The translations under genes were made by a program, and so were the position numbers. Under the pieces are notes generated by a model, which did not search any database, was not told the DNA's origin, and saw nothing but the letters and a program-made list of their open reading frames with translations. This document shows positions 53,434 to 64,000 of a DNA stretch of 64,000 nucleotides, piece by piece (position 1 is the stretch's first letter; the number at the start of each line of letters is the position of its first letter). Source of the DNA: Octopus bimaculoides (taxonomy: Eukaryota); assembly GCF_001194135.2 (NCBI RefSeq), contig NC_068993.1:42807765-42871764 (forward strand), written 5' to 3'.

Positions 53434-53611
53434 ACGTTATCAAATGTACGTTACTTACAGCGACTTTGGGTTAATCACAACCAGGTAAGGAAACCATACC
53501 GATCCGTTCTCATCCCAGCAGCAAGCTGCAGCGAACTTCCAGGCATTAACTTTATTACAGAAGACCTCCTACTTGCAAGTAGGACATTATTTACGGTGGC
53601 TTAAGCAAATT
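53434..53611 (+). mobile_element. Unclassified ~180-bp interspersed element, copy 2 (inverted relative to copy 1)
   Basis: ACGTTATCAAATGTA..ACTTACAGCGACTTT..GATCCGTTC..CGAACTTCCAGGCATTAA..CCTACTTGCA.GTAGG..ACGGTGGCTTAAG shared with the reverse complement of 51865-52046. Confidence 0.75.
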
Positions 53612-54364
53612 AGCTACTCTTCCACTTCTCATTTTGTTAAAAATCTACCAGCATTCTAACAAACGGTTTATTTCTAAAAATCTTACTGACATTCTTTGAC
53701 AAAAATATCACCAACAATAGGAAGCATATGTAACTGTTAAAAATATTATATTTTCTGTCACGCTATCCTGGAAGTTGCATAGCTCCCTTTTTCAATGAAT
53801 GCAGAATGTGTATTCAAAGTAATTAATATAAACTGTAAGGCGTCAGCGAAGAGTTCCATGCGAAACACACGAGTTATGAAACGTATTTTCGGTTAAAAAT
53901 CGAAAGATTTGTTTTGTTTAATTCTGATGCCAGTTATTCGTTGAAGCAAGGAAGTACGCTGCAAATCATTCTCAGGCAATATTTTTCTCGGTTTCTATTC
54001 AGTTATGTGATTCAGTAGAATGTGTTTCTTATTTAAGTAATAACAACGAGTAGGGATGTATTCACTAGACACAGGAGACGTACAAACACATATATTTTTT
54101 TTTTCCTGTTTTGTTTTTTGTAAAAGAAAAGAAAATGTAATACAGAGAACTGAAAAGCAACTATGGAAAATAATGATGCATTTATATGCATATATATACA
54201 TACATTTATATATACACACACACACACACACACATATACATACATATATATGTGCGTGTGTATGTATATATGTATATGTATTTATAGGTATATGTATACA
54301 TATCCATACAAACATATATACATATATATATGCATATATATATACGCATACACATATATATGCA

Positions 54365-54410
<46 letters not shown>

Positions 54411-54559
54411 CGCGCGTGCGTGTGTGTGTGTGTGTCTGTGTGTNNNNNNNNNNGTGTGTGTGTCTGTGTGTGTGTCTGTGTGTGTGTGTGTGTGTGTCTG
54501 TGTGTGTGTGTGTGTCTGTGTGTGTACACTTATTATGGAATGAAACTTGTCGGAGAATT

Positions 54560-54830
54560 TGCACCTGGATTTATTCAGACGCAATACTTCACGGATGATG
54601 AGGATTGTGAAAGTACATTTTTGAATATGGTGAACTTTGCGAAAAGTAGTTGCTACCAGAATGCCATAGTTGCTTTTACTTCAGCAATACAAAGTACTGA
54701 GCAAGAAAAGGGTATTTAGCAAGGTTATATGGATGATATTTTAGCAAAAGTTCTTTTCTTTTGTTCTTTATTTCTGTAGTTGCTTTGAGTATTTCTCCAT
54801 CCGGCAAAAATTCTGTCAATTCCATAGAAC
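54560..54830 (-). mobile_element. Possible decayed hAT transposase C-terminal (dimerisation) fragment
   Basis: Minus-strand ELLLKYHPYNLAKYPFLAQYF, then in a shifted frame ATMAFW*QLLFAKFTIFKNVL. This weakly resembles FPNL..PVTxASxERSFSKLKLIKNYL. Confidence 0.35.
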
Positions 54831-55051
54831 TCAGATAACCATTATGTATGTAATTCTAATAGGATTCCTGTGAAAATGGTTGGCAAGAACAAGAACCTAC
54901 GCAACACAGTATATGCATATTATATGAACTAAGAAATCAACGTTCCTATTTCTTACTTTCTGAACTTTTCTTTCTTCTCTTACGTTTTTGCCTTTACATT
55001 TTTCTGTCTGTCTCTCTCTCTCTTTACCCCCTCTCTCTAACACTCTTTAGA

Positions 55052-55082
<31 letters not shown>

Positions 55083-56054
55083 CATACACAAGCACATACA
55101 TACCCACGCATGCTCACAAACACACATATTCACTTTTTCATACAGCGTTTTCACTTCATTCTGATCTATCTGACATTAATCCTAGCCATTCGATTCTTCT
55201 AACAAATATTCTCAAAGTCGACTCCTTTTTCCTATGATTTCGGAGAATTATTTTTAATCTACAGAAGATAATCAACGATATATTTCTTGCATCTAGAATA
55301 ACTTCAGAAACGGATCTGAGGTTTTATTTTTTTTTTCTTTCCGTTTTTGTTTTATTTCATTTTTCTTTCTTTTTAATCTGGCATTTATCAATCTAGGAGA
55401 CTTGCTATTTTTTTAATCATAAGACGAAGCAAATTTTCATTGAACATATTTTAAATCCTACTAGAAGATGAGGAAAACAGTTTTCTAAGCTTTTTTTTTC
55501 TCTCTTGTATAGATATATATATTTTGATTGTGGTTTTAGATTACATATGTAAAATTAGCTTTATACATACATGTGTATAAATATATATGTGTGTGTGTGT
55601 ATAGAGAGAGATATATACACACATGTTTGTATGTACATATACATATATATCTATATGTGTGTGTGAGTGCAGGTCTGTGGACGTGTGGGTGTATATATAT
55701 GTATACATAGACGTCTATATACAAAAGTACATATCTATATATGCGTATGCGAATGTATGTGTGAGTTTTGAGTGTGCATTGTGTGTGTGCGTGTGTGTGT
55801 GTGTGTGTGATTGTGCGCATGCGTCTGTGTGTATGTGTTTGTGTGTTATGTATGTATATACAACAACCAGTTTTTTTATCTACGCTACTACATGTAAATA
55901 AAGGCGGTTATTATCCCTTCAGAAACAAGGTAGAGAGGTGGGGCATCGAGCCAATGAAAAGGCCTCCAAGCAGTCGTTTTAGAGGTTTTCAGTAACAACT
56001 AAATCCCTCAAGGTATACACCAATGTAATATCTTTTATCTTTTGACTTGTTTTT

Positions 56055-56255
56055 CTTTTTACTTGTTTCAGTCATTGAACTGTGGCAATGTTCGGGTACC
56101 CCCTTGAAGGGGTTTACTCGAACAAATCACCCCAGGACATTGTTTTTAGTCTTCTCCTTATTCTAACGGTCTCTTTTGCTGAACTTCTAATTTACAGGGA
56201 CGTAAACAAATCAATACCAGGTATCAAGCAGTGAAGGAGTTCACACACACACTCA
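56055..56255 (-). mobile_element. SINE family C, 3' half
   Basis: TTTTACTTGTTTCAGTCATT...GGTCTCTTTTGCTGAAC...GGGACGTAAACA. Confidence 0.75.
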
Positions 56256-56799
56256 ACCATATATATACATATACATACATACAAGGGGGTGAGGCCGACG
56301 ATGCTTCCTTGATGTAAGTAGTATTTGTGTCTTTTTAAGTTTTGAACGAGGCCAAATTATCCTAAACTATTGGAGGATACATTCATGGTTCCCGTTCATT
56401 GATTCAGTGCAGATAGGATTGTGAGCGTAACTAGTTCAAGGGAAGGTTAGGGAAGAAGCAAAAATCGTTTCATTTGTGCAAGTGTTGGTGTTGATGGAAG
56501 TTACAGAAGAGAGCTTTCTTTTATTGGCTGAAAATATTCTCAGAAGAGTTCTTCCAGGGATGGACTGTTGATGTATCAAATCATGCTTTGGTGACACTTC
56601 CTTCCTTTAGCAAGAGGTTTGTTTACGATATGTAGAATTTCCTTTATGTGAGATAGATGGATATATGATCTCATCATGCTATCTTACTGGCTATATTTAC
56701 ACCCAAGAAGCACATCAAGATTATTTTTTATGGACAGGTTAAACATTCTAAGATAATGTTCATGCTTTTACCAGCATTTGTCCGAGATGATGCCATTGC

Positions 56800-57200
56800 T
56801 TTGCAATATGATAACTTAAATTATTCCCTTCCAGCCATATGCACCAAACTTTCATTCTCACAACGTCTCTGATTAAGCTTGATGCAACTAATTTACCTTT
56901 TTTTATACAGCAGGCGTTAACTAGATCGACAAAAGGGAGTCAGTTATTTAGTATTGTAGAAATATTGCATTGGTACCTGACGTATAAGTTGAAAACTAAC
57001 CAGAAAGTTCGGCTGAAAGTGATATAACACAATGCTATTTTATTCCTCTAAGATAATTTTGAAGCCACTCTAGAAGATACACTCGCATCATTTCGGATTT
57101 CAGTATGGTGCAAAGTCTACGCTCGCAAAGTCTATCGTAGATTACTTTGATGGTCAAAGCATCGATACATACTTCCTCGCTAAAGTTCAGTAATTCTGTA
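56800..57200 (+). mobile_element. Possible decayed LINE RT fragment
   Basis: HFGFQYGAKSTLAKSIVDYFDGQSIDTYFLAK at ~57086-57190 resembles QxGFRxGRST..LD...VDxIxLDFxKAF; an NYSLPAICTKL-like stretch lies upstream. Confidence 0.35.
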
Positions 57201-60200
57201 CAAATTTCAATCACATTGTCATAATACATTAGTATTATACTTGCGAAATTGATAAAAATGCTTATAATTGTTAGTAACCATGTACTGGACAACAAAGAAG
57301 AATTCTACCATACATTGAGATGTTTAATCGGTTGCGTTAAACACTTCTAGTTTACTTGATTTTTTAAAAATAAATACTTAATATTGCTTTACTCTCAAGT
57401 AAAGAACAGCAACGGAATTGTGTAAATTTCTTATCATCTCAAAAGTGTTCTCCTACTTACATTCCTTTGGTGTTTGGAATAGAGTGCGCCATTACTAAGC
57501 AACAGATGCAGATTAGGTTGAGCTATCTTTCTCAACAGGACTCTTGTATATTTTTAACTGATTTAATTCGGAAACTGTAGATGAATGCTAGTGCGAATCG
57601 AAATACATATTCCATATTCCATTTACTGGAATACAGCTGGTTTATAATTTTTTTAGTCATACAACACATTTCCTCACAATTTATGCAATACTATCTATAC
57701 ATAATTTTGCAAGGAAGAAGACAGAATATTAAAAGTCTAGTCATGTTATCTTATTTCCGTTTGTAGGCAAAATTTTGTTAGATAGTTTGAAACTCCATCT
57801 TGGGGGGGGGGGGGTTGTCGTATACGAACAATCCGCCATTTTTGCTTCTACTCTTCAAAATTCATGTTTCATGCTGGGTTTGTTTCATAAATACATATGT
57901 AAAACTAATCCCATATAGTTTTACATGTTACTGTAAGCTCTATAAAAGTCGACTTTCCTTTTTGATAGGTTTTGGTGGAGATATTACCAGCTGATTTCGT
58001 TTCAGCTAGTTTACTGCAAATTACAAATCGACATATTACCACGATGCATATGTAGCTTGGTTAAATTTGCATATGTATTATTATAGCTTTATTCAATAAG
58101 ATTTCTTTGCAAGATACGTGCAAGAAACAGAATAGTGTCGCCTTATCATTTATACATGCATGCTACCACGATTCTATATAATTTCATGTCAGGTTTCTTA
58201 CAATATTCCAGTTTTCAATCATTTCGATGTGACGACTACTGCTTTAACACTTCAGCTTTCTCATATTAATAATAACGCTTGCCTAACATTTTGTATAAAT
58301 TATACCCAGATTGCTCAATATCACAGATAAATCATAGAAGCAACTAGTTATTTTCATCCACTCGATATATTTTGTAAGTGAACCTAGAAAATGCTAAATA
58401 ACTGTAGCTCAGTCACGTATAGCAGTGTGGCACATTAAAAGATATACAAATTATATTTATGCTTCGTGCCTATATACTCTTGTCTTGCAATCGACTGAGA
58501 AGCATTTTTTATTTCTATTTGATAGCTTATTTTAAGTTAGATGACTTTTCTCATTTCTGTATAATATCTAATAACATTAACTACTAACACTGGAAGAACT
58601 GTGCATAAAATTAAAAAGAAGATCCAATTTAGTAAGTTATATAGATATCTAAAAGTATCTCTAAGCAAATGAAGATGAGAAATTAATGAAAATGTATATG
58701 TAAAGTGACGTCAATCAATAAAAAGAAAAAGACAATATATTTTATTTCCTTCAATAGATTTTTAAATGATCCTATAATACAATTTTCCGAACTCTTTATT
58801 CAGTCTGAAAAGATGAATATTTCCCGAAATATTATAGAATCATTAAACAACATATATATGCTAATAAAATATCTTCTCTCTTTTCTTTTATTTATTAACA
58901 ACACTTTTTTATCTAACTTCTCACCTGCATTACTCGAGGTTTTTCTTTTCTTCTTCTTTTTAATAAATCTTCATTTACACATATTGCAGTGCTTCGAGCA
59001 AATTACAAAACGCTTTTTTAATTCACTACATTGTATGAGTTCTTATATTAACAGAAGTTCAGAATCAGTAAGAATGATCTTTAAGTCAATTGAATTAATC
59101 GAAGCATCACGTACCTAGCATGTCATCACACACCCAGTTTGCCATATATTGCCAAGTGGAAATGAAAAAGAAAGTTCATCCATCTGTTTAGTAGCTATAC
59201 ACCCACTCCAGTGATGTATTACATATTATTTTATTTATTTTTCAACGTTTATTTAGACTTTTAAAACGAATTATCAAGTGTTATACACCTAGATGAGATC
59301 ATGCCTGCGTAAGGTCACAAGCGAAAGGTTGGTAAAATCCCCGCCTAAAACGAAAAACTTGAGATCTGAAAATTAAAAAATTCCCAAAGTACGTGTAAGT
59401 TTAGTTAAAGAATATTTCATAAGCATTATTTTAATCCCATATCTTGCCTTTAGATTTCCTTAATTCCTCAAATCTTTCTTTGCTGTAGATATAAAAATTG
59501 AATTCCGTTTTATAGTGGGCTGATTAACGATTCAATTGAATATAAGCAGTTTAAAATGTGTTCTATAAAAGAAAAGAGAAGAACACTGACTTTCATGTTT
59601 GTTCTGAATACGCCAATCTGTCTGTTGACTTCAAAATACATCGGATATTTCTAGCATTTTTTTTTTCTTTACAAAGAAAAATCATTTTTATGGCTGATTG
59701 TTAAGTTTCCATATTCCCAAATAATATACAAAAGTTATGATATTAAACAAATGAAGGAGCTTGAGTGTCGGAAGTTTTTCTTCAATGCAATCAATAAACA
59801 GCTTCTATAGCATCGTATAAACAAAGAGTTGTTAAAACCAACATATGGCCAATTATCGGCCAGACAATCAAATTGCTAAATCATTTTAATGCTCTAATTT
59901 AGTTTATTAATGATTTTATATTATTTTATCCAGCTACCAAAGTGAATATCAAGGGAAGTTACACTATTTCTTAAATACGTTAATGCGTTCCATTTACTAA
60001 GGCAATTTTACAAAGATGATAACTTAGGTTTAGAATGTATTAATAAGGGTTAGATATCATCAGTTCAAATGAATATATTGCTTCTGGCGTATTATTTATT
60101 TTGATTAATATATGTAAAATATCACAAGCACATTGTGGCCGAAAATTTAACAAGTGCGCTTCTGAATCATGAGATCTTAAATTAGCTCCTGTTGAGCGGC

Positions 60201-60464
60201 ATCCTGGACAAATGTATAAATGAAATTGTATAAATGGGAACGTCATAAAAGCTTGTTGGGTAGATTGCGCATGTTATGGGAGATCTGCGGTCATGTTACA
60301 CTGCGTCACGCTTATTCTACCTCAGAATTACATTATGTGTACACGTGTCCGTAGAATACTCATCCCACTTGTACATTACTTCAGGAGCGGGTAATTCAGA
60401 TACTCGAACAACTGAATCTTTTATTGTCCACCACCAGCACAACATATTAGTTTTAAATTTTAGT

Positions 60465-60601
60465 TCAAGACCGAAAGACTTGGGAAGAGGCTAAGTCGAT
60501 CAGATCGTTCCCAGTGTTCAACTGGTATTTATTTTATCGGCTGAATTTGAACTCGAGAGATTTTTCTCAGCGTGCTAACCAGTCTGCCAGCTCGTCGCCT
60601 T
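60465..60601 (-). mobile_element. SINE family B, internally deleted
   Basis: GTCGATCAGATCG..CCCAGTGTTCAACTGGTATTTATTTTATCG / GAATTTGAACTC / GTGCTAAC..TCTGCCAGCTCGTCGCC. Confidence 0.75.
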
Positions 60602-60999
60602 AGCACCACCACCACATATTAAGAATAAGGACTAATTACGTAACCTCTTTTCTAATATCTAAATTTTAAGTTTTCATAATGTAGATTATATGTCATTCTG
60701 TAATATTCTCATCTCGTCTCATACATTTTCTTGATTGTAGAAAATATATGTCACACCGTGTTTCACCATAAGTGTATCTTGGCTTATTTTTCAATTTTAC
60801 ATACATCTTATGCAGCAATATTCTTTCTGATGTGATTTACGAGTGACAGCTCTACTACTTCTCGAAATAAAACCCTGCACTCTCTGCTAAACAATGCGAA
60901 TTAAGTTCTTTGAATTCCATCCATAACTGCTACCATTTAAGCTCATGACACTCTACACCCAAGCAGATACTGTAACCCTACCAACCAACAATAATACTT

Positions 61000-61750
61000 A
61001 CTGATTTCTATAGAAAATATTATCCAACCTTATCTGATACCACCTTCCTGTCTTTTTCTTTTCTTAACTGTTTTGAAAAATTCGATTCTAGAGCGTATTT
61101 CTATGTCCTTACTATGATCTTTCTCTCAGTTCATGTCAAATGTTTCCTCAAATTAAGAGATACTATCTGAGGAACATAACAAATGCCCTCTCTTTCCTCC
61201 GCCTGTCACTAATTCATCTCTCTAATATCTCGTCCATTCCACCGTTATGTATACTGTCATCTTTTTCACTCGTATCCAAGCAAATCTTTCTGTGACTCAT
61301 ATCACAAACTGGATCTCTAACATATCAGTCTCTGTGACACCCATCACAAATTATTATCTTCCATGAAATCAAAAACCTGTCGCCTATTATTTTCTGTTTT
61401 CCATTATATTGTATGTCACTATAATACAACTTCTTCGTTTAACCAAGTTCTAAGTCGTCGGTTTGTTCTTGATAAATGTCACTCATCAGACATTTAGAGT
61501 TAACTTACTATAACAACTCTTTCGTCGACAATGAAACCTTTAATCTACTTTGGATTAACCTTTATATTACTTGTAATAATATTCCATCTTTTCTTCGCCA
61601 TCTAAATCGTCTTTCAAACGTTTTCCTAAGATATTTAATATGACATGGATACTTTGTTACAGATCTAAGATGTCTTCCGGGAGACACGTTTCGTTCGTCA
61701 TCTCTCATTACTTTCACAGTTTGAATAGATCCTCAGTGATAATAAACAGT
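61000..61750 (+). mobile_element. Decayed CR1/Jockey-like LINE RT fragment
   Basis: NNSFVDNETFNLLWINLYIT at ~61512 resembles the L.FN....S.TLNILG.SF thumb region; a VFExI-like stretch at ~61072. Heavily degenerate. Confidence 0.35.
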
Positions 61751-61943
61751 TTAACAATCTTGCACGTGATTATTGTGCAGTTTGTTTTATCTACTAGTCA
61801 ACTAAAAGAGTGAGAAGGAACGAAGAAATCAGCCTACCGATCTTTATTCATCTATTTTTACCATCAAAATAAATCAAAAGCGAAAGGTTTGTTTCCAATA
61901 ATATTTATAGAAAATATAATTAATGATTATTTTCTGTATTAAA

Positions 61944-62085
61944 GACACAAGTACCGAAATATTAGTGGAGGTGGTTAGTCGTTAACATCGATACCAATCT
62001 TTGACTAGTATTTTCATTTAATCGACCCTGGAGCGATAATAAGCAAAGTTGAAATTGACAGAGTTTTAACCCAGAACATGAAAGG
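61944..62085 (-). mobile_element. SINE family B, diverged
   Basis: TAGTCGTTAACATCGATACCA...TTTAATCGACCCTGGAGCGAT..AAGCAAAGTTGA. Confidence 0.55.
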
Positions 62086-62989
62086 TTAATTCAATTGTCT
62101 TTCGGCCTTCTTTTCTAGTGATATACCGTCGTTCGATGTCAGAGTCATTATGTAAAAGGAAATATATTTAAAAACATTTCTTGTTTTACATTCTACAGTG
62201 TTTATTTCTGTTCCTCGCCGATACATTATCACATACCCATTTTCATTACATGTGTAGCATTGTAAATGATAGCACAGAGACTGTGCATCGAAATAGATTG
62301 TAATCATTTTTTGAACTGTCACAATATTCGCTTTTCCATTCCGTTAGGATTCCTTTCTCACACTGGGTCCTACTACCATCTATATGTTCACGTATTTGAA
62401 GAATGCGGAATTGTTCAGTTGTATTACTTAATCTAACTGGAGCCCCAAATTAACTTCTTTACGCGTCAGTTACCTCGTTTTTTTGCACTCCTTAGAATAA
62501 ACGTCATTTTAACATGCTTACTAATAACTGTCTGACAATACGAAAGAAACTTTCAATCTATGCGTCGTGTGTAGCATAGAATTTTAGGTCATACGTCGGG
62601 AGGAGATAATAGTTAAATTTTATCATCCGTCCTCCTGTATACCATTCTAAATTCAATTCTTTATTAGCCACCTTGAAACTAAGAAAGAATAAAATGAAGA
62701 CCAAATATACTGTTCCTTTACACCTCAGTAAATATTCCCGTAAAGTTATCGCTTATTCATAAGGTTACTATAGTGATAACAAGAATTTGTCTTCTTCGTT
62801 GTCTTGATTGATGTAGTTTCATTGTTTTGATAAAACCCTTCTTCTAATCTATCCATAAGCATGAAATGTTCTATTTTTATAGCTTAACATCATTCTGTAC
62901 CAAACTGTTAAGAAAGGGTCGGTCGATTGTTCCGAAGGATGAAGGCGTACACACTTTCTACTCTCAATAATTACAGTCACTTTTGAAAA

Positions 62990-64000
62990 TTTTCATGTCG
63001 CATGATAGCTTTGATAGCAATTGATAGACTACTGAGAGATAAATGATGAAGAAATAATTAGAACCTGAATACTGTTCGTCATTAAAGTGGATGTGGTGCG
63101 AGGATGCTTTGTTGGTATCAGTAGAATAAGTGCTTTCTTGCTGGTGATGGATGCGCCCTCATTGGACGGTACATTCGAGTTCTTAATCCATGGAGTCAGT
63201 ATATGATATTTAGGTTGCGAGTAAATGATACACAGCTAAGGAATGAAGATTGATGTCACTTGTATAACGGTGGGGATTATTCTACGTGTAGACAAGCGAG
63301 TTATTGGGACTTAGGAGGAAGTGGTTAACAAAACCCAACCATGAGTAGGCCAGGGATGATAAAATTTAGAATAGAAAGAGCTTTGTGAATACGCAGCAAC
63401 TGTATGATCTGATAGGAAACTTCCAATCTAAGAGATGAAAGACGAAAAGATTCCATGAATTTCGATTGGCGATATGTATCTGAGAAACGATAGAAAGCTT
63501 TGCTTCAGTTCATAGCGCAAACTTTGCTTTTACCAAATTACTTCGGGGCAAGAGAGGATGTGGTAAATGATGAAAGAGAGTAGGTAACCAGTGGAGCTGA
63601 ATTTATGCAAACTGTAATGGTAAACATTAAAGAGAGAGCGCTTGAAAGCTTTGGAGGATGTTGTTGTTATTGGTTACCTCTATTATCTCAGAGATATTAG
63701 AAGTGAGTAAATTAGGTTAAGTGAACTGAGTCCTTCTAATGAATTTGTGGATTTCATATCAGAGACAAAATAGATGCAGATACCACAGAATCGACTACAG
63801 TAAGAAGTAGAAGATTTCACAAAATAGCTGTTATCAGTCCGCATGAAGCAGAAGTAATTGTTATTGCGTGTATGCGCAATGACACCAGAATGTCGAGTAA
63901 GAACGACGGTTGCTATATCTATCGAACCGAAATCACTTGAGGATGTTCTATTCTGTAAGATGACAACGAGTTTGACAGTTATAGACCACATCGCTTTCCT
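62990..64000 (-). mobile_element. Decayed CR1/Jockey-like LINE RT fragment (continues beyond the window)
   Basis: Minus strand in order: a W.KAKV-like stretch, DTYRQ (like NYRPI, ~63470), HKAL..SK (~63380), and a GSxxSP.LF-like stretch (~63050). Many frameshifts. Confidence 0.5.

Noticed and set aside
54530-54719. Plus-strand protein-like ORF MKLVGEFAPGFIQTQYF...
   Set aside because: No recognisable domain or splice context; the opposite strand fits a decayed hAT fragment somewhat better.
61680-61710. Minus-strand GATGACGA-AC-GAAAC-GTG hammerhead-like string
   Set aside because: The core is altered, there is no stem II, and the triplet is non-cleavable or stem I is out of register; it lies within LINE debris.

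Overview
AT-rich animal (eukaryotic) non-coding DNA, dense in microsatellites, with 15 N-gaps. The three recurring tRNA-derived SINE families look like those of octopus genomes, so an octopod cephalopod is my inference (not verified). I found no convincing intact protein-coding gene; most ORFs in the track are microsatellite or N artefacts. The window holds about 25 SINE copies (families labelled A, B and C by me) and decayed fragments of Tc1/mariner, hAT, Penelope-like (GIY-YIG), R4/Dong-like, HERO-like, RTE-like and CR1/Jockey-like elements. The best lead is a type I hammerhead ribozyme at 14264-14351 with an intact catalytic core. It lies in a non-coding element of about 185 bp that has a decayed second copy at 1122-1284, and the two copies show a compensatory base-pair change in stem I. 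Further hammerhead-like motifs lie at 2693-2759 (-), 9657-9690 (+, in the Penelope-like element) and, weakly, 30229-30274. Also notable are several fold-back inverted repeats and an unclassified 182-bp insertion with a 6-bp target-site duplication and an inverted sibling copy. All alignments and folds were done by eye.
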